DNA of 56,685 nucleotides, the filler included, from Bipalium vagum (taxonomy: Eukaryota): assembly GCA_037834085.1 (NCBI GenBank). It is 3 parts of 3 records of this genome, joined end to end, with 100 filler letters (N's around TTAATTAATTAA, not from the genome) between each part and the next. Parts side by side here need not be neighbours in the genome. Positions count along the whole stretch, not along the records: positions 38,921 to 56,685 come from JBBMKC010052512.1; 2 more parts are not named here. One strand, written 5' to 3'. This document shows positions 55,501-56,685 of this stretch, one piece after another. A program made the position numbers and the translations under genes. The first letter of the stretch is position 1. The number at the start of each line of letters is the position of its first letter. The notes beneath the pieces were generated by a model, which did no database searches, was not told the DNA's origin, and saw only the letters and a program-made list of their open reading frames with translations.

Positions 55501-56407
55501 ATCATCTGTTCAGGTCTGTTCAAAATTATCTGAATGGAAAAGAATTTTCTAAAGAGGTTGATATCAAAAACGCCTTGGACAATTTCTTTATGTCTAAGTC
55601 CACCAGTTTTTATGAGGAAGGAATCATGAATTTACCTATAAGATGGCAAAAGATTGTCTTTTGAATTGTCTATCATTATATAAAAACATTTTTAGAATCG
55701 AAAAACTTCTTTCGACACCCGACTGATATTTTTGAAGCATATCATAAAGTTCCTGGGAATTTCATTTCAATATAATTCCATAATTACCTTTATTTAGTTT
55801 TTCTCTAACCTCTTTTCAATAAACATCTACAGTTCAACAAAAAACATGTCTGAACACACAACAAACACTTACAACAGAAACAACAAAAGATGCTTTCATG
55901 TGAAATTGAAAATTCGTCCAGATATTTTTTTGTAATTTCTTGAGTCTTACTCATTAGAGATTTTGCAATTTTCGGCATTTTAAATATATAATTATTATTA
56001 TTAAAATATACTTTATTATTAAAACAATTTAAATTTTATTGCATTAATTGAATTATTATTATGTATTTATAATAAATTAATTAAAATAAAAAAATAATTT
56101 AATTGACGAACAAAGCTAACTTTGATATTAAATTTGAAGAATTTTCCTTAATTATCTTTTGCTTGACAATTGAGTCTGACTCTACCGAGACTTCACACAA
56201 GCAAAATTCAGAATTCGATGTGCAATTTAAATTTAACTCTACAAGACTTTTCACAATGACTTCAAGAGCTTCTATCTCCTTGTTGATAATCAAATATACA
56301 AATCTCACATTGAGCTTCCCAGAAGTCGATGAATCACTTGGATCTTTATAATGTACCTTGATAACAGATTCATATGGACTGATTGACAATTCGCCATTAG
56401 AAGAACT
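46502..56407 (-). CDS. PDZ-GEF (RAPGEF2/RAPGEF6-like) Rap guanine nucleotide exchange factor, last six exons; 5' end outside the window
   Basis: Phase-consistent GT-AG exons: 56407-56121, 51887-51382, 50306-49890, 48103-47828, 46915-46754, 46704-46502(TAG). RA domain (FCLCEVSVESDSIVKQK..RFYLK), CDC25/RasGEF domain (ISRLRATWEKVP, VIPMAALVTKDL, LINFDKLRIMA, KKIYE..MSYKCEP) and a C-terminal PPPY motif. Confidence 0.9.
48590..49100 (+). mobile_element. pogo/Tigger remnant in PDZ-GEF intron
   Basis: FKGSDGW (CENP-B HTH) followed by IMDE-like sequence. Confidence 0.5.
50770..50960 (-). mobile_element. Tc1-like 3' remnant
   Basis: RRQFQSIIKLKSSI, similar to Tc1/Tc3 C-termini. Confidence 0.35.
52852..53064. 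mobile_element. pogo/Tigger-type MITE (213 bp)
   Basis: Perfect 26-bp TIRs CAGTCGGCGCTCAGTTATTTGAACTC, TA on both flanks, three tandem AGTTATTTGAA units at the left end. Confidence 0.93.
53240..54090 (-). mobile_element. Decayed Tc1 transposase
   Basis: YWRSVIWFDEPGF, GIMVLGCFSRQGV, DCPPKSSDLNPIEDIWDYIDRRI. Confidence 0.88.
54475..55664 (+). mobile_element. Decayed mariner with left TIR and nearly complete transposase
   Basis: HIRNCLIYEFRKG, LWIPYCL, IVTGDEK*V, MMSVWWD, QHDNAKPH, YSPDIAPSDYHLF. Confidence 0.93.
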
Positions 56408-56613
56408 CTGATGAAATTTTAAATGATCACAATTATTTTCATTGTTATTTTATTAAATTTAAAATAATAAATTTGTGAAAACATGCTATGTTATAACTAG
56501 GGCAATTTTTTTTTAACCTAAAAAAATTTTTTTAACTTTATTTTTAAAAATTTTAACCGTATTTTAATATTTAGCGTACCTATTAAGGCAAAATATTTTT
56601 AAAAACTTTATTA

Positions 56614-56685
56614 CAGTGTAACCCGTTTAATATCACCTCGCTTAATATCACGACCTGTTTAATATCACGGTACAACGAAAAACAT
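56614..56685. mobile_element. pogo/Tigger-type terminus running off the window
   Basis: TA|CAGTGTAACCC followed by three TTAATATCAC repeats. A related inverted end (GGGTTACACTG|TA) lies at 47158-47168. Confidence 0.7.

Overview
Very AT-rich, intron-containing animal (invertebrate-type) genomic DNA. The window is three contigs joined by two artificial 100-nt spacers (N44-TTAATTAATTAA-N44 at 17775-17874 and 38821-38920), so adjacency across them is unproven. Four host genes are present: intronless AGMO (-); an 8-exon SLC25A11-like mitochondrial 2-oxoglutarate/malate carrier (+) missed by the ORF track; the first exon of a galanin/allatostatin-A-like class A GPCR (+); and the last six exons of a PDZ-GEF (RAPGEF2/6-like) gene (-). 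Introns and intergenic DNA are filled with decayed mariner, Tc1, DD37E/DD41D-like and pogo/Tigger transposons, two clean MITEs and three non-LTR retrotransposon remnants. The most notable feature is a ~3.3-kb intronless block at 38921-42200 that reads as a decayed endogenous Polinton/Maverick-like (adintovirus-type) DNA virus. It contains an open parvovirus-type PLA2 domain, an adenain-like protease relic, a fibre/adhesin-like motif ORF, two zinc-finger remnants and a GC-rich motif that recurs three times and forms a hairpin. All calls come from manual translation and motif recognition; no searches were run.
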